From Lama guanicoe (lineage: Eukaryota): a DNA stretch of 64,000 nt. Under the pieces are notes generated by a model. It ran no database searches. It saw nothing but the letters and a program-made list of their open reading frames with translations, and was not told where the DNA came from. Shown in pieces: positions 36,676 through 49,379 of the stretch (position 1 is its first letter; each line of letters begins with the position of its first letter). The stretch lies in the NCBI GenBank assembly GCA_013239625.1, contig MU053881.1, forward strand, positions 4,299,957 through 4,363,956. Direction: 5' to 3'. The translations under genes were made by a program, and so were the position numbers.

Positions 36676-36779
36676 TAAGGCATGTCCTTTGCCATTCAAT
36701 AGGTTACAAACCAACTTCTGTTGATGTCATGTGTTGCTTTATATCCTTTTCATAAATTTATGTTCTGTGTAAATAGGCT

Positions 36780-37110
36780 AGCCGTCTGATTGCTGTAGGA
36801 ACCCTGACTGATGGGAGCCACTGGAGGCATTTTTGCTAAGCAGTCTCCAGATGAGTCTGCATTTGACAAAGACCACTGGCTGTGACTTGGAAAACACCTG
36901 GGAAGGGGAGAACAAACACCTGGGGGCAGGGAGACCAGTTAGGAGACCACTGAGGAGGAAGATGATGTCAACTTGGCAGTGGCAGGGGGAAATGAACACT
37001 TTGGGAAGATGTTGAAGATGTACGCTCTGTATGTCCTGGTGATACAGAGGGTAAGAGAAAGTAGGAGTTAAGGATGATGTCCAAGTTTCTGACTGGATGG
37101 ATGGAAGTTC
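36780..37110 (-). mobile_element. L2 fragment
   Basis: gggagccactggaggcatttt...ggagaccagttaggagac...aggatgatgtccaagtttctgact. Confidence 0.7.
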
Positions 37111-37239
37111 CAACTACAGAGATCGAGAACCCTTGTAACAGAAGGACAAATGTTAGCTTCCTTCTTTCCTTAGTGGGTGATAATACTGAGCAGTTGCTGG
37201 CCTCAAATCTACCCTCCAAAAAAAATTTTTTTAAACTAC

Positions 37240-37720
37240 CCTCCAGTCCGTCTTCCAGCCTTAGGACATCTGAAGTCTAGGTGATCATTCTAATAAGCAT
37301 GTCTGATCATGTCACATTTCTACCTAAGACCCTTCATGGCACCTATCCTCAGTCCTCAGAGACCTGGTCCTTCCTTCTCCAGCCTCCTCCCAAACCTTTT
37401 TGTGCAACTTCCAGGAACATGCAGGTTCCACCATGCACCGTGCTCTTGTTCTTGCCAGTTTCCAGAACTTTGTTCTCATGATGTCCTTCTGCCTGGACCA
37501 TCCCTCTCCTCTTTGCTTGGCTGATTCTTACGTCAAGATTCAGTCATCACCTCCTCCAGAAGCTTTCCCATCTCAGGGGAGGTGTCAGTCCTCCAAGATC
37601 CGAGAATACCCTCTGTTTACTTCTGGCACCACCCTGCTCAGATTCCAATGTAATGGCCTGTTGATGTGTCTGGCTCTCCCACTGGGCTGAGAATTCCCTG
37701 AGTAGTTGTGTCCTCAGAGC
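37240..37720 (+). mobile_element. L2 fragment
   Basis: tctgatcatgtcacatttc...tcacctcctccagaagctttcc. Confidence 0.6.
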
Positions 37721-38691
37721 TGGGCTAGGACCTTTCTCCTACATTATCTCATTTCTTAGCTATCCTTTCATCATCAGCATTTTTACGATTGCTGCTGCCT
37801 CTCCTTCTGTAATGGAGTGCTCCTGGGGCCACCCTGTCCAAATGAATTCATGAATGTACTTAAGAAAAAACAAACAAGCAGTATTTCAGAACTGAAAACC
37901 AAAAGGGAGACATAGACCCAACGTTTATACACAACTTCCTGTGGTAGTGGTTTCAGCCAGAGGACAGTCAGTCCCCGGGAAGTGTTTTACAGCTAAAACA
38001 AGTCCCTGAGGACAAATGGAGAGTCTAAGGGGTATGAAATTGCCCAGGAAAATTGGGGAGCTTCAGCAGAAAGCAGCTTCTGGGAGGTTTTGCAGCCCGG
38101 ATCGTCCCTACCTCCTCCATCCCAGACCCTTTGCCCAAACTGCTCGCAGGCTGGGGCTCCGTACCCACACCCTGCGCCCCGGGAGTGATGCCCCAGGCCT
38201 TCCTCTTAGGGCTGTGTCTTGGGCTGCAGAGAAGCACCTGCAGGGAGGTCCTACAGAGTCCCAATACTGTTTGCCCCACAGCAGAACTCAGATTCCCTCC
38301 CGAAGCTCCCACTGGTCCATCCCTGCCCTTCCTCAAGGACTCTCGGCTGCAGATTGTGGCGGGGAGCATTGGCGTGGGGGACAGATGCTACTGGATCCCA
38401 TCAGCATCAGTGCAGGCACTGGCTCTGTGGGGGCAGGGCTGGGTGGAGGAGGCTGTAAACTGCCACCTGGGACAAGGCCAGCAACACAAACAGGTGAACT
38501 GGGCGGGGGTCAGAGAGAATGCTGGGAAATGAGGAAAATTAGGTGCCCTGCCCCAGCTAAATGCAGCGGCTGCTACTCAGCTCCCACCGATCTCTGCCAC
38601 GAGGGACTGGCAGGCCAAAGGGGCCAGATCTTCTCATGTTTCTTCAGATGGACCCAGAAATCAGAATTTTAATGTGAAATCTCCTAATTTT

Positions 38692-38788
38692 TTAATTTTT
38701 ATTTTTATTATTATTTTTTAATGGAGATTGAACCCAGGACCTCGTGCATGCTAAGCACGTGCTCTCCCATGGAGCTATACATTTCCCC
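38692..38788 (-). mobile_element. Second tRNA-Ala-derived SINE, inserted into a hAT-Charlie fossil
   Basis: Reverse complement GGGGAAATGTATAGCTCCATGGGAGAGCACGTGCTTAGCATGCACGAGGTCCTGGGTTCAATCTCCA plus A tail; ~17-bp TSD tgaaatctcctaatttt (38675) / tgaaatctctcaatttt (38789). Confidence 0.85.
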
Positions 38789-40221
38789 TGAAATCTCTCA
38801 ATTTTAATACAGAAAATAAATTTATAAAATTTTTTTAAAAATCTCTTGCTGAGCAAAGCACAAGCCCACAGGCGCTTCTTCTGACAACGTGTGTCCAAAT
38901 TATAATCTTTATCTGAATGTTTGCTACTGCCAACAGAACCAACCTTTTATGCCTTCCCGGTTCTGGGTTATTAATAAATCCACAGGGGGAACGAGGCCGT
39001 GCAAAGATCTGGGGAGCCAGGAAAAATGAGCTTGAATCTCAACTCTACAATTTTATAACTGAGCTTTACATTACCCATCTGTAAAATGGGGACAGCTGTC
39101 CCCATTGCAGGCTGCTGATTCCCTGCAAGCAGCCATCCCCTACCCCCACGCCCCGGTTGATTCTTGCTAATAGGAAATAATTTTGTTCTGCCACTGAAGC
39201 TCACCTGCCATTATCTGAGAGAGGATTGTGCCCATTTGTGGAGACACCTTATATATCAAGCAAAGCCATGGTGCTCAGGTAGACTTTAATTTCTCTCATT
39301 CTGTCTTCATTTTCATCTGAAAACATCCAAAAAGGTCTATCACCCACCCAACCCACCCTGCTACAGGGCAAGCTTAACCTAACAGCCTAAAATGCTTCTC
39401 TCATACAAACAAACAAAAAATTCATCATGCTAATGATGAAGACAATGAAATTTCCCCTGTGTTTCTCCCCATAGAAACTTTCACCTCTAGTGTGTTTGAG
39501 AAACCATGAAAAGTGCTGTATGGGACTGGCTGCTACCCTTAGGACAAAATGTCTGTTCAAACCTTTGGCAAATTTCATCGACTGAGGCACAGTTCTGATT
39601 ATGCAGATTAAGGGCTTGTGACCAAGAAATTCCCCCCGTACAGCTTTTTTCAGAAGCCTCCATGTGGTGACCTTAAACTTCTCTCCTTTACTAGACACCC
39701 ACCTCGTCATGCCCAGAAACCAGCCTAACTGTTTACCATAGTCTCCCGTCATAGTCCCGTCTCCTCAAATCTTCCCGCCCCAGACCTGCCTCAGGGGCAC
39801 TTGGCTTGCTGTCTCCTTGTGACCATAATTTTCCTCCTTTTTTTTTTCCTTTCCACAGATGACTATGACTCTTTTTCCTATTCCCCAAGCCCTCCACATT
39901 TTCCGTTTTCAGGCTGTGCTGGTATTTCCTGCCCATTTGGAAGGGTCTCGAGGGAAGATGGAGTGGATAAATAGACACAGTCCAACAAACCCACCCTTCA
40001 GAGCACCCCTGCCTGGCTCCGAGTCCAGCTCCGACCCGCTATCGGCGGAGTCAGCCAGTCCAGGAGCTTCTGAAGCAGCCAGATTCTCAAACTTTAATGG
40101 ACAAACCCATCATCTGATGATCGTGCTGAAAGGCTGCTTCTGTGTTCCGTGGGACCTGAGACTCCGCAAGTGCTGTCAGTTCTGCTGGTCCTCGACCACA
40201 CTTGGGGTCGCCAGGGTCTAG

Positions 40222-40562
40222 ACCTGCACTCCCACAAAAGCTGCTAGCTCCTGAGTGTCTGTTGAGCATCTGAAGTGAGGCTGGACCTACCTAATTGAGA
40301 TATGCTATCTGGAATTCAGAGACTTAGGACAAAAAAAGGATGTACCATTTCTCATGAATTTTTTAAAATAATTGCTTACATGTTAAAATGATAGGGTGTT
40401 GGATATATTGGGTTAAATAGAATGTATTACTAAAATTAATTGGACCTGTTTCTTTTTACTTTTTTGTTTTTTTTTTTTTTTGGAATGTGAGCTAAGAGTA
40501 AATTTTATATGCCACACCCGACTGGCATCTGTAGCTCATATTATATTTCTACTAGACAGTAC
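40222..40562 (-). mobile_element. MER33-like hAT-Charlie element
   Basis: ttggatatattgggttaaat...aaaattaattggacctgtttctttttacttttt...attatatttctactagacag. Confidence 0.75.
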
Positions 40563-40964
40563 CCTTCCAGATCCTGCTCTGTGCACACATACTGGGGACT
40601 GTGGACGCTTTGCCCAAATGTCTAAGAGCCCATTTCTGGAATCTGCATAGACTCCTTCCCTTTGCCTGTCCTCCCAAAGGCTGAGAGAGCTGCCCTTGTG
40701 CAAATCCGAAAGCAGTGAGGCCAAAGGGCAGCCGTTGGAGGGGAGGGGGAATAGAGCATGGGGCTTGGACAGGAGGCTGCGGTCCCCTCAGGTGCTGGCC
40801 TGCACAAAGCCCATCTCAGAACAGGACAGAAACCAGGGTGGGGGCGGGGCCAGACCTGGGGCTGGGGACTAGCTTTCTCACATCACCGGATTGAGGCACA
40901 AAATTCAGAGGCATCTGAGATTTCTCCACTCCATCTTAGCCTTACCGATTGTTAGGTAGACATA

Positions 40965-41080
40965 TTTGTCAAGGTATGAGGATAGAACATATTTTATTTA
41001 CCAGTTTGTTAGCTTGATTTATAACTTTCAATACTTTGACCTATGATATGTGGACTTTTATTTGTGTTCTTGGCCCGGGG
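40965..41080. mobile_element. hAT-Tip100 fragment (MER115/Zaphod-like)
   Basis: gtcaaggta..aggatagaacatattttattt..cagtttgttagcttgatttataacttt...cttggcccgggg. Confidence 0.45.
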
Positions 41081-41580
41081 CAAGAAAGGTAATTACCATA
41101 CAGCTTCGTAAGGGCCGTGATGCGGATGGATCCAGTGCCCGCGGAGCCCGGGGGTGGGGCGCTCTCTGCCTGGTTCACAGGGGCCTTGAATAATGTGGCA
41201 ACTCAGAGGAAAAGAATCGTAGCTGAAGGATCACCAGTAAGTACGGTGGGAATAAGATGAACTCACTGATTTTTCCAGGGCAGAAAGGCAAGAGGAACTT
41301 CCCAGGTGTCCTGGTGAGCAACACAGCCAACCAGCGTTGCTTCTCTCCCCTGCCTCCCATTTGCAACCACGGGGCATCTGGTTGCTACACTATTCATCTG
41401 CTTCCTTAGGGTAAACAGCAGACTGATTAAGTACCGTGAGCGTCCAGGCTGGGAACCCAGTTCCTTGAAGCCTCCTAACAGTTGCATCATATGCAAGATA
41501 CAAGACCACTGGGGCTGGAATTTCAGGTCCCCTTCTCTGGGTCTCAGGTTCCTCATCAGTATAAAATGGGCTTGATCATG

Positions 41581-42058
41581 CAGGCAGATCTCGGAGATAC
41601 TGTGGGTTTGGTTCCAGACCACCGGAATAAACAGCATATTTGCAACAAAGCAAGTCACACGACTTTTTTTGGCTTCCCAAGAAATACGACAGTTATGTTT
41701 GTACCACAAAGTGGTCTATGAGGTGTGCGATAGCATTCTGTCTACAATAGCAATGTACATGCCTTAATTAAAAAAGGCTTCGTTGCTAAAACATGCTAAC
41801 CATCATCTGAGCCCTCAGCAAGTTGTAGTAGTAACATCGCTGATCGCCGATCACCCTAACAAATATGATAATACTGAGAAAACTTTGAAATATGGTGAGA
41901 ATTACCAGAATGTGACACAGAGACATGAAGTGAGGAAATGCTGTTGGAAAAATGATGCTGGTAGACTTGCTCAACACAGGATTGCCACAAACCTTCAATT
42001 TGTAAAAAAAAAAAAAACCCACAATATCTGCAAAGCACAGTAAAGCGAGGTACGCATG
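41581..42058 (-). mobile_element. Tigger1 internal-deletion derivative with both termini, inserted in a MIR
   Basis: caggcagatctcggagatactgtgggtttggttccagaccacc...acagggttgccacaaaccttcaatttgtaaaaaa-like segment...gcgaggtacgcatg; ends match Tigger1 TIRs. Confidence 0.85.
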
Positions 42059-45000
42059 CAGCAGTGTAAGAGGGCTCCTAAGGGAAGAATTGAGAGACTA
42101 TTTATAAAGGACCTGCCCGAGCATTGTACAAACTCCGGTTCTCACTGATTCCATGTCACAAATGGGACATCAAGGTGAAGAGACGGGAGGTCATCTTGCT
42201 TAAGGACCACACCTAGTTCGGCGGCAGAGCTGATGTTCAAACCCAGCTTTCCTGCAGTCCAGAGCCCAGGCTCTTTCCTGTTGTCACGTTGCCTCTCCCA
42301 TGTGAGCCTTTCTCAATCGCAAAGATAAATTCGTCTCCTCTTTCATGTGGGGCGCATTCGCTGGAGAGAGAAGGCTAAAAATACCGCTGAGTGTAAATCT
42401 GATCCAGAGAGAAGAGGTGAGCTGTGGCTGGGCTGCACGCGGGAGGAAAGGCCAGGCAGACAGAGCAGGAGACCTTGCGGTGGCCCTGCTGTGCCCTTCA
42501 GCCTCCTCTCCTGTGGCTTCCTTCCGCCCCGCAGAGCGTGTGCCTGATCCTGGAACAAGCGAAGCCGGTGCCCTCTTAGGGACCTCATGCGCGCGCGCGG
42601 ACTCGGGTCTTCCCAGGGCTAGCCGCTGGCTCAGACATCAGAATCAAAGCGGCCCTTGATGACCGCCTTACTTAAAGGGATCTCTGCTACTTTCCCACAC
42701 CAACCCCTCCCTCGCTAGCCTGGTGTCCCTTTGTAGGCTGTGTAGCACTTAGCACAATCTGAAATCCCCTGGTCCATCTGGGTTAATCTGCCCTTCTAGG
42801 ATGGGAGCGCAGTGTTCATCTTGCCCGCTGCTGCGTCTCTGGCGCCTGCAACATGCCTGATGCCTGTTCACCCTCAAAGATCGTTTTTAAATAAATAAAT
42901 GTGTGTATGTAGGGATGAACGAACAAAGAGGCATGAAACCTCAGTTCTGGTCCTGACTGTGCTACTCGCTAGCTGTGTGATCTCAGGAAAGTCCCATTCC
43001 CTCTCTGAGTCTCATTCTTCTCGATTATGAAATGGAAAGGTTGCACTAGATTAGGAAGTTCAAAGGTTCCTTTGTGGGTAACCCTGGGATCCTATGGAAA
43101 GAGGGTCAAAGGTGATCATTCTAGAACCCAGGGAGTGGCCAGGAGACTGTGACAGATGGACAGACTGGAAAGAAATGAGTCACCCAGGCTTATCAGAAGA
43201 CAGCAGACAAAGATCACAAACCCGGGATCCAAGTCGTCTACGGAGTTATATATGCTGTGCTCGAAGCGTCTCTCTGCCTCTGTCTTTCTCTGACACACCT
43301 ACACACACAAACACACGCACACACGCACACAACCCCCTTCCCCCACCAACCTGCTTCATTATCATTGGGGTTTACAGGATTATCTGATTATGGCAGATTG
43401 GAAAATTAATATTTTGACAAATCATCTTCACAATAGCTATTAATAGGTATGTAATTGACCCCTTTCTATGTGCCTCTTATAATAATACATCCAACACTAT
43501 GTGTGTACAATAATACAACACAACACAGTAATACAACGAAGAAGAAATTTATAAAGGGAGACGAAATCAAGATTAGGAAAAGATAGATGTAATAGACCAA
43601 GATCAGGAAGGAAGGAAGAACATAAACAATCCAACAGAGGATTCCAGGCTTGAGTTTTGAAACCAAGTCTTCCTCTCTGTAGAAAAATGAGTAAAAAGAG
43701 CTCCTATTTATTGTCTTTGTTGTGTGCCTGGCACCAGGCTAGGCAGGAGGCAAGAGGTATAAATAAGCCTGGTCCTCCACCAGACCAGGGAGGAAGAATC
43801 ATCATCCCACCGACCGATGGGTGTAGCCCGTTGGCGGATCTGGCTGGAGATCAGACAGCTCTTAACAATGATCCTTTTGACCCCAGATTTCTGCCCCACA
43901 GCACAAGCCTCCTCCTCTCTCTGGGGAGTCTGTGAAGGGTGCTGAGGATGTGGGTATTGGCCACAAAGCCAATTTTATTTCATATCCAACCAAAAAGGAA
44001 GGATCTCACAGGAGACTTCATCCCAAGATGAATGCACAAAAATGTCCACATCAGTTTCAGAGGGAGAAACTGATCAGTCCACCGAGATGCACCAAGACCC
44101 ACCGGCTTTCTATGATGGGGTGGTATTTTATGCAGGAAAAAAATAAAATGTTCATTATCACACTTGCTGGGAGGGGAGAGAGAGGGAGAAGCCCCTAGCA
44201 GACAAGCTGTTCGGTTTTCCTTGATTTTGTCCATATTGCAGTGTAACACCATTCCTACTAGAAGACAAATGCTGAAAATGACAAACCCAGTTGTTTGCAG
44301 GAAACATCCCCAGAGCGCCCCGTGTCCACCCTCTCCCTTAAGTGTGAGCCTGGGGTCTGGAGTCGGAAAGAACTGAGTTCAAGTGCTGGCTCTGCCCTCC
44401 CTGATTGGCCAGTTACTAACCTGCTCTAATAGTAGCACTGACCCCGGAGGGTTACCGTACAAGTGAAGGAGTGAGATGTCGTGCAGTTAGGTGTTTTGTC
44501 CCATGTCTGGCACGCGTCAGGTGCTTAGCAGACGAGAGTTACGATACTAACATGGATTTCAGCCCATCCCTGGACCAGTCCCGCTGGCCAGGGCGATGGT
44601 GTACACTCACTGGCCTGGCCTGGGTCCCAGAGTTACACTCTGAAAGATGATGTTGACCGCTGCCGCCTGGGTGTGGACTAGGGGGCTGCAGGAAGGCAAG
44701 GGGGAGAGTGTGGGAAGCAGTGATCAGGAGACAATTGCAGATACCAAGGCAAGAGATGGGGTTCAGGCAGCGTGCTCCTGGCAGGCTGTAAGCAGTGTGT
44801 GAGGAGCCCTTCCAGCTGCACCAGTACCATTCCTTCTTAGCCACATGCTCAGGGACGGAGAACACCGTGGGGGCAAAGGCGCGACAGCACATACCGTGGG
44901 CCCAGGTGGAAGGCCGAATAAAGGCTATCCTTCCTACGTCAGGTCAGGCCACCAGATAATGCCTTTCTTCCATCTCGGATTTTTATGCAAAGGAACCCCA

Positions 45001-47754
45001 TGGAGGAAGGGTGCACTCTTATGCCAGAAGCAGGCTCGAGGATACGGGGTTAGGCGCGCTAACCACGGGTGACGGGCAGCCCTTATGCATGTGGTGCTGG
45101 GACCTATCCTCCCCACGCCTCAACTGCTCATCTTTGATTGCAAGCAAGGCCCTGAGTTTCAAAACAGGAAGTAGCCCAACCTGGGTTGCCGATCTTCCCA
45201 GCAGCTTCCCGTCCTGGCAGCCCCTCCTTCAGACCAGGAGGCGAGGCAGCTGTTCCACAAAGAGTGAGACAGCACCCTTCACGGAGCTCTGGGGCAGGAG
45301 ATGGGATGCGCAATGCACTGGACAGGGGACCGTGGGAAGGGACAGCATGGCAGAGCTCCCACACGGCCCACCACCTCTGTGCAGGGCACACTGGGCATTG
45401 ATGGAGAGGGAAGGGGACCTGTTAGGCACTGAGAGCCAGCCATGTGGCAGGCATTGGCTTAAGGTATCTTATTTTGGAGATGGCTCCTGACCCTGAGAGG
45501 TGGGTGCTGTGTCTCTCGTGTGACAAGCTCAGGGTTAGTAAGTGGCACGGCCAGGACGCACACCTCTGTCAGACTCCAAAAGTCTGTACTTCCTTAGTCA
45601 ATCACCCGGTTGTCTTGACCTCCACAGGGAACCCATGACTTCAGCTGTTTTTCCCTCCTATTGAGTTGGAGAAATGTTCAGAGCAGTAGGAGACAGTCAG
45701 AGGCTGCCCGCATCCACTGCCAGCAGGTGAGAACAGCCTCGTGGCTGTGTGTACACACACACGTACGTGTGCACGTCACATGTTGTAGGAGGTAGTGAAA
45801 ATGTTAGGGCTTATCACCGTGAGCAGCTCTACTATTTATCAGTCTGAATACCCCCTTAAATTAGAACAGTCTGATTTCCTTGAAGTTGGGAAGCACCTCT
45901 ATCCGTTTAATCTTGTTCATCCAAAGGATGGTGCCCGATTGATACGTCGCACATGGCGGTGCTGGCTGCATTTTGCTCAAATGGAAATGAATTGAATTAT
46001 ATATTTTCTCTGTGCTTCACACCTCTTCGGAATTTAAAGGGTCCTGGTAGTCCACAAATTTTACTGCCTTGTCAACGTTAAAGAGCTTTTCTTTAAACTC
46101 CAAAGGAGTCTGTAAACATGATTTTGAAGGCTTATAAGGGCACAATATTCAGGCTCATGTCTCCAAAGGGATTTCATGTCTCACACATACACAATTGTGC
46201 TGTGTCCAAAACTCTTAACGCTTTTCAGTTTGGCTTTGCCGAGAGCCTGACCAACACCCAAAATCTCTCCAGCTTCAGCTAAGGCTTGTCTTGGCCAGAA
46301 ACCAAAGCTCCCAGCCATTAATCAATGTCTGACCCCTACCAGGCTGCGAATAGACCACTTCGCCTGTAAAGATGTTAAGGAAACTGCCAGTGGCTTCCGG
46401 TAAAAGCCAGTGTGAGTGGGAAAGACATAAATTGTCGGGGTGGGGGGTCAGGGAAGGGTGAGTGGATAAAAAATGAGGGACCATTGTCAAGGGCTTCTTC
46501 CAAAGCTGGGTATGATTTGAAGAAAAAGTCAAAGAAAAGAAAATGAAGGGACTATCGTAGGTCCATGTCACCTCCTAGTCCATCCTGGGTTGGACAAACA
46601 GTGATTCTTTGTTTTCTGTCTATTCTATGAGGCAAGATGCGATTGCAACTGAAGTACGTTGATTAATTTAAAATAACTTTCCCTCAATTTGCAGGATGCT
46701 CAGGAATATTCCGGGGACCTTGCTTTTGTTTTGAGTTGGCCACTTGGGAGTTTGGCGCCGATCCCTGCGCGACCATTCAAACCGAGTGAACCAGAAAAAT
46801 GTCAAGGACTACACAAGGACATAGAATACAGTTTAATTAGTTTAGAGAGAGGGTGGGTCCCCGCCTGGGTCCCCGTCCCCCCTTCTTCCTAAACATCACT
46901 CAAGCAAATTTCTTTTTTTTATGGTCTTCTCAAAATAATTTCATGGTTGCAGTTTTGTTCTCATGCTAACTGGGCAGGATCACGTGGGTTATTAAAAAGG
47001 GTTGTCAGCCTGGCAAAGGTGGGTGCTTTCTCTTTGCTTTTAAAAAACAGAGGGGTTTAATCACCTGCCTTGTGCAATGACATAAGAACCCAGTCTTGAA
47101 TGTCAGCGCAAGGCTGAAGCGCCTGTTAATAATAGTCGCCAGCTAGGAAATTCTTCTGCTGACTTTTATCAGGAATTTTCCATAGTAACTGTGGCTGCCC
47201 ACGGCAAGCCGGCCAGTAGGATTTTCATTCCATCACACGTATTTTTCTGTTCATGGTGGAAGGAGAACGTTACTTGCTGGAACATGTGACCAGAGTTACG
47301 CTCGCTGGGAGTGTAAGCTTTGCTCTTCCTCCTGCTCGGGACAATTCTCAAGGAGATGCGACGACTGTTTTCTTGAAAGGGAGACAAGCCATCTCTGTGT
47401 CAAAATATTGGTCTGTTACATTCATTCCAAGCCCCCAAGTTCCAGTGTGTTGCTCTGTCTCATCATATATATGTTGGGGTCATGATGGCAATCGAGGCAG
47501 CCCTCCCACCTTATGTGGGAGCCAGGTTCTGATTGCAGAGACGTCACTCCCCTGCTGAAGAAACATCCATGGCGCCCCATGGCCCATGGGATAAAATTCG
47601 AACCTTTTTTAAGCTTGATGTTCAAGGTCATTCATAATCTAGCCACAAATCATTTCTGGCTTCTTTTCCTTTTTCCCTATGCTGCCCTGCTAGACCCTGG
47701 CCACACTGAGTGGCTGTTTTTGGCTTCCTTAACAAAGGCTCTTCCCAACCTACA

Positions 47755-48480
47755 ACCATTAGGGTAGCTACTGCAAAAAAAAATAATTGAAAACAACAAG
47801 TGCCGGCAAGGATGTGGAGATACTGGAACCCTTGTGCACTGCTGATCAGAATGTAAAGTGGTGCAGCTGCTGTGGAAAACAGCATGGCAGCTCCTCACAA
47901 AAGTAAAAATAGAATTATTGCAGGATGCAGCAAATCCATTTCTGCGTATATACCCCAAAGAATCGAAACTAAGATCTCAAAGAGGTATTTGTACATCCAT
48001 TTTTATAGCCACATTATTCAGGATAGCTAAAACATGGAGGCAACCCAAGTGTCCATCAGTGGATGAACAGATAACCACAATGGGGTCTATACAAATAATG
48101 GACTATTATTCAGCTTTAAAAAGGAAGGCGAGTCTGCAGTATGCTACAATGTGGATGAAGCTTGAAAACATCAAAATGAAATAAGCCAGTCACCAAAAAA
48201 CAAGTACTGTACCTGTATGAGCTACTTGGAGAAGGTAAAATTCTAGAGACAGAAAATAGAATGGTGGTTGCCAAGGTCTGGGGAGAGGGAAGAATGAAGA
48301 GCTATTGTTTAATAGGTATAGAATTTCAGTTTAAAAAGTGAAAAGAATTACGAGGAATGGCTGGTGGTGACGGTTGCACATTATGAATGTATTTAGTACC
48401 ACTGAATTGTACACTCAGAAATGGTTAAGATGGTAAATTTTGTGCTATGTGGCTTTTACTACAATTTTTAAAGAAAAGAA
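47755..48480 (+). mobile_element. L1 (L1MA/MB-type) ORF2 end plus 3' UTR
   Basis: caagtgccggcaaggatgtggaga...ggaggcaacccaagtgtccatcagtggatgaa...aaatggttaagatggtaaatttt. Confidence 0.85.
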
Positions 48481-48506
48481 AAGAATGCCTTTCTCCATGT
48501 TCTTTT

Positions 48507-49160
48507 GTTTTTTTTATTAAGGTATAGTCAGTTTACAATGTTGTGTGAATTTCTGGCGTACAGCGTAATGTTTCAGTCACACATGTACATACATACATTC
48601 CTTTTCATGTTCTTTTTCATTATAGGCTATTACAAGGCATTGAATATAGTTCCCTGTGCTAGACAGTAGGACCTTGTTGTTTATCTATTTTATATATACT
48701 GGTTAGTATCTGCAAGTCTTGAATTCCCAGCTTATCCCTACCCACCCCTTCCCCACCCCCCGCCTGGAAATCTTAAGTTTATTTTCTATGTCTGTGAGTC
48801 TGTTTCTGTTTTGCAAATAGGTTCATTTTTGTCATTATTTTATATTCTACATATAAGTGATATCATACGATATTTGTCTTTCTCTGTCTGACTTACTTCA
48901 GTTAGTATGATGATCTCTAGGTCCATCCATGTTGCTGCAAGTGGCATTATTTTATTCTTTTTATGGCAGAATAGTATTCTGTTGTGTGTGTGAGTGTGTG
49001 TGTGTGTGTGTGTACATATCACAACTTTTTTATGCAATCATCTGTTGATGGACATTTAGGCTGCTTCCATGTCTTGGCTATTATAAATAGTGCTGCTATG
49101 AACACTGGGGTGCATGTATTTCTTTGAATTAGAGCTTCCTCTGGATGCATGCCCAGGATC
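48507..49160 (-). mobile_element. Younger L1 3' end with TSD; contains (TG)n at ~48984-49012
   Basis: aggtatagtcagtttacaatg...ggatgcatgcccagga; TSD ctccatgt(t)ctttt at 48493 and 49161. Confidence 0.88.
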
Positions 49161-49379
49161 CTCCATGTCTTTTAGACACATTCCTTTTCATCGTTCATCT
49201 TTTGAGGCAAAGCTAAAATAGCATCCCATGCAGTGCCTTGAAGACTACGCCTTGGGGCCAGACAGTGGGGCATCTTCAACAGCACTTTGTAGACCTACCT
49301 CTGACTGGAGCATTGACAGAATGGTGTGTGTGGGTTTCTGTGTGGATGTGTCATGTGCTTTTAAGCCATTCACCCTTCC

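Noticed and set aside
38016..38672. Longest intergenic ORF (218 aa)
   Set aside because: No recognisable domain, composition typical of random GC-rich DNA, overlapping ORFs in several frames, and it ends in a DNA-transposon fossil.
47858..48184. 108-aa ORF with L1 ORF2-like wording
   Set aside because: Degenerate L1 remnant, not a gene.
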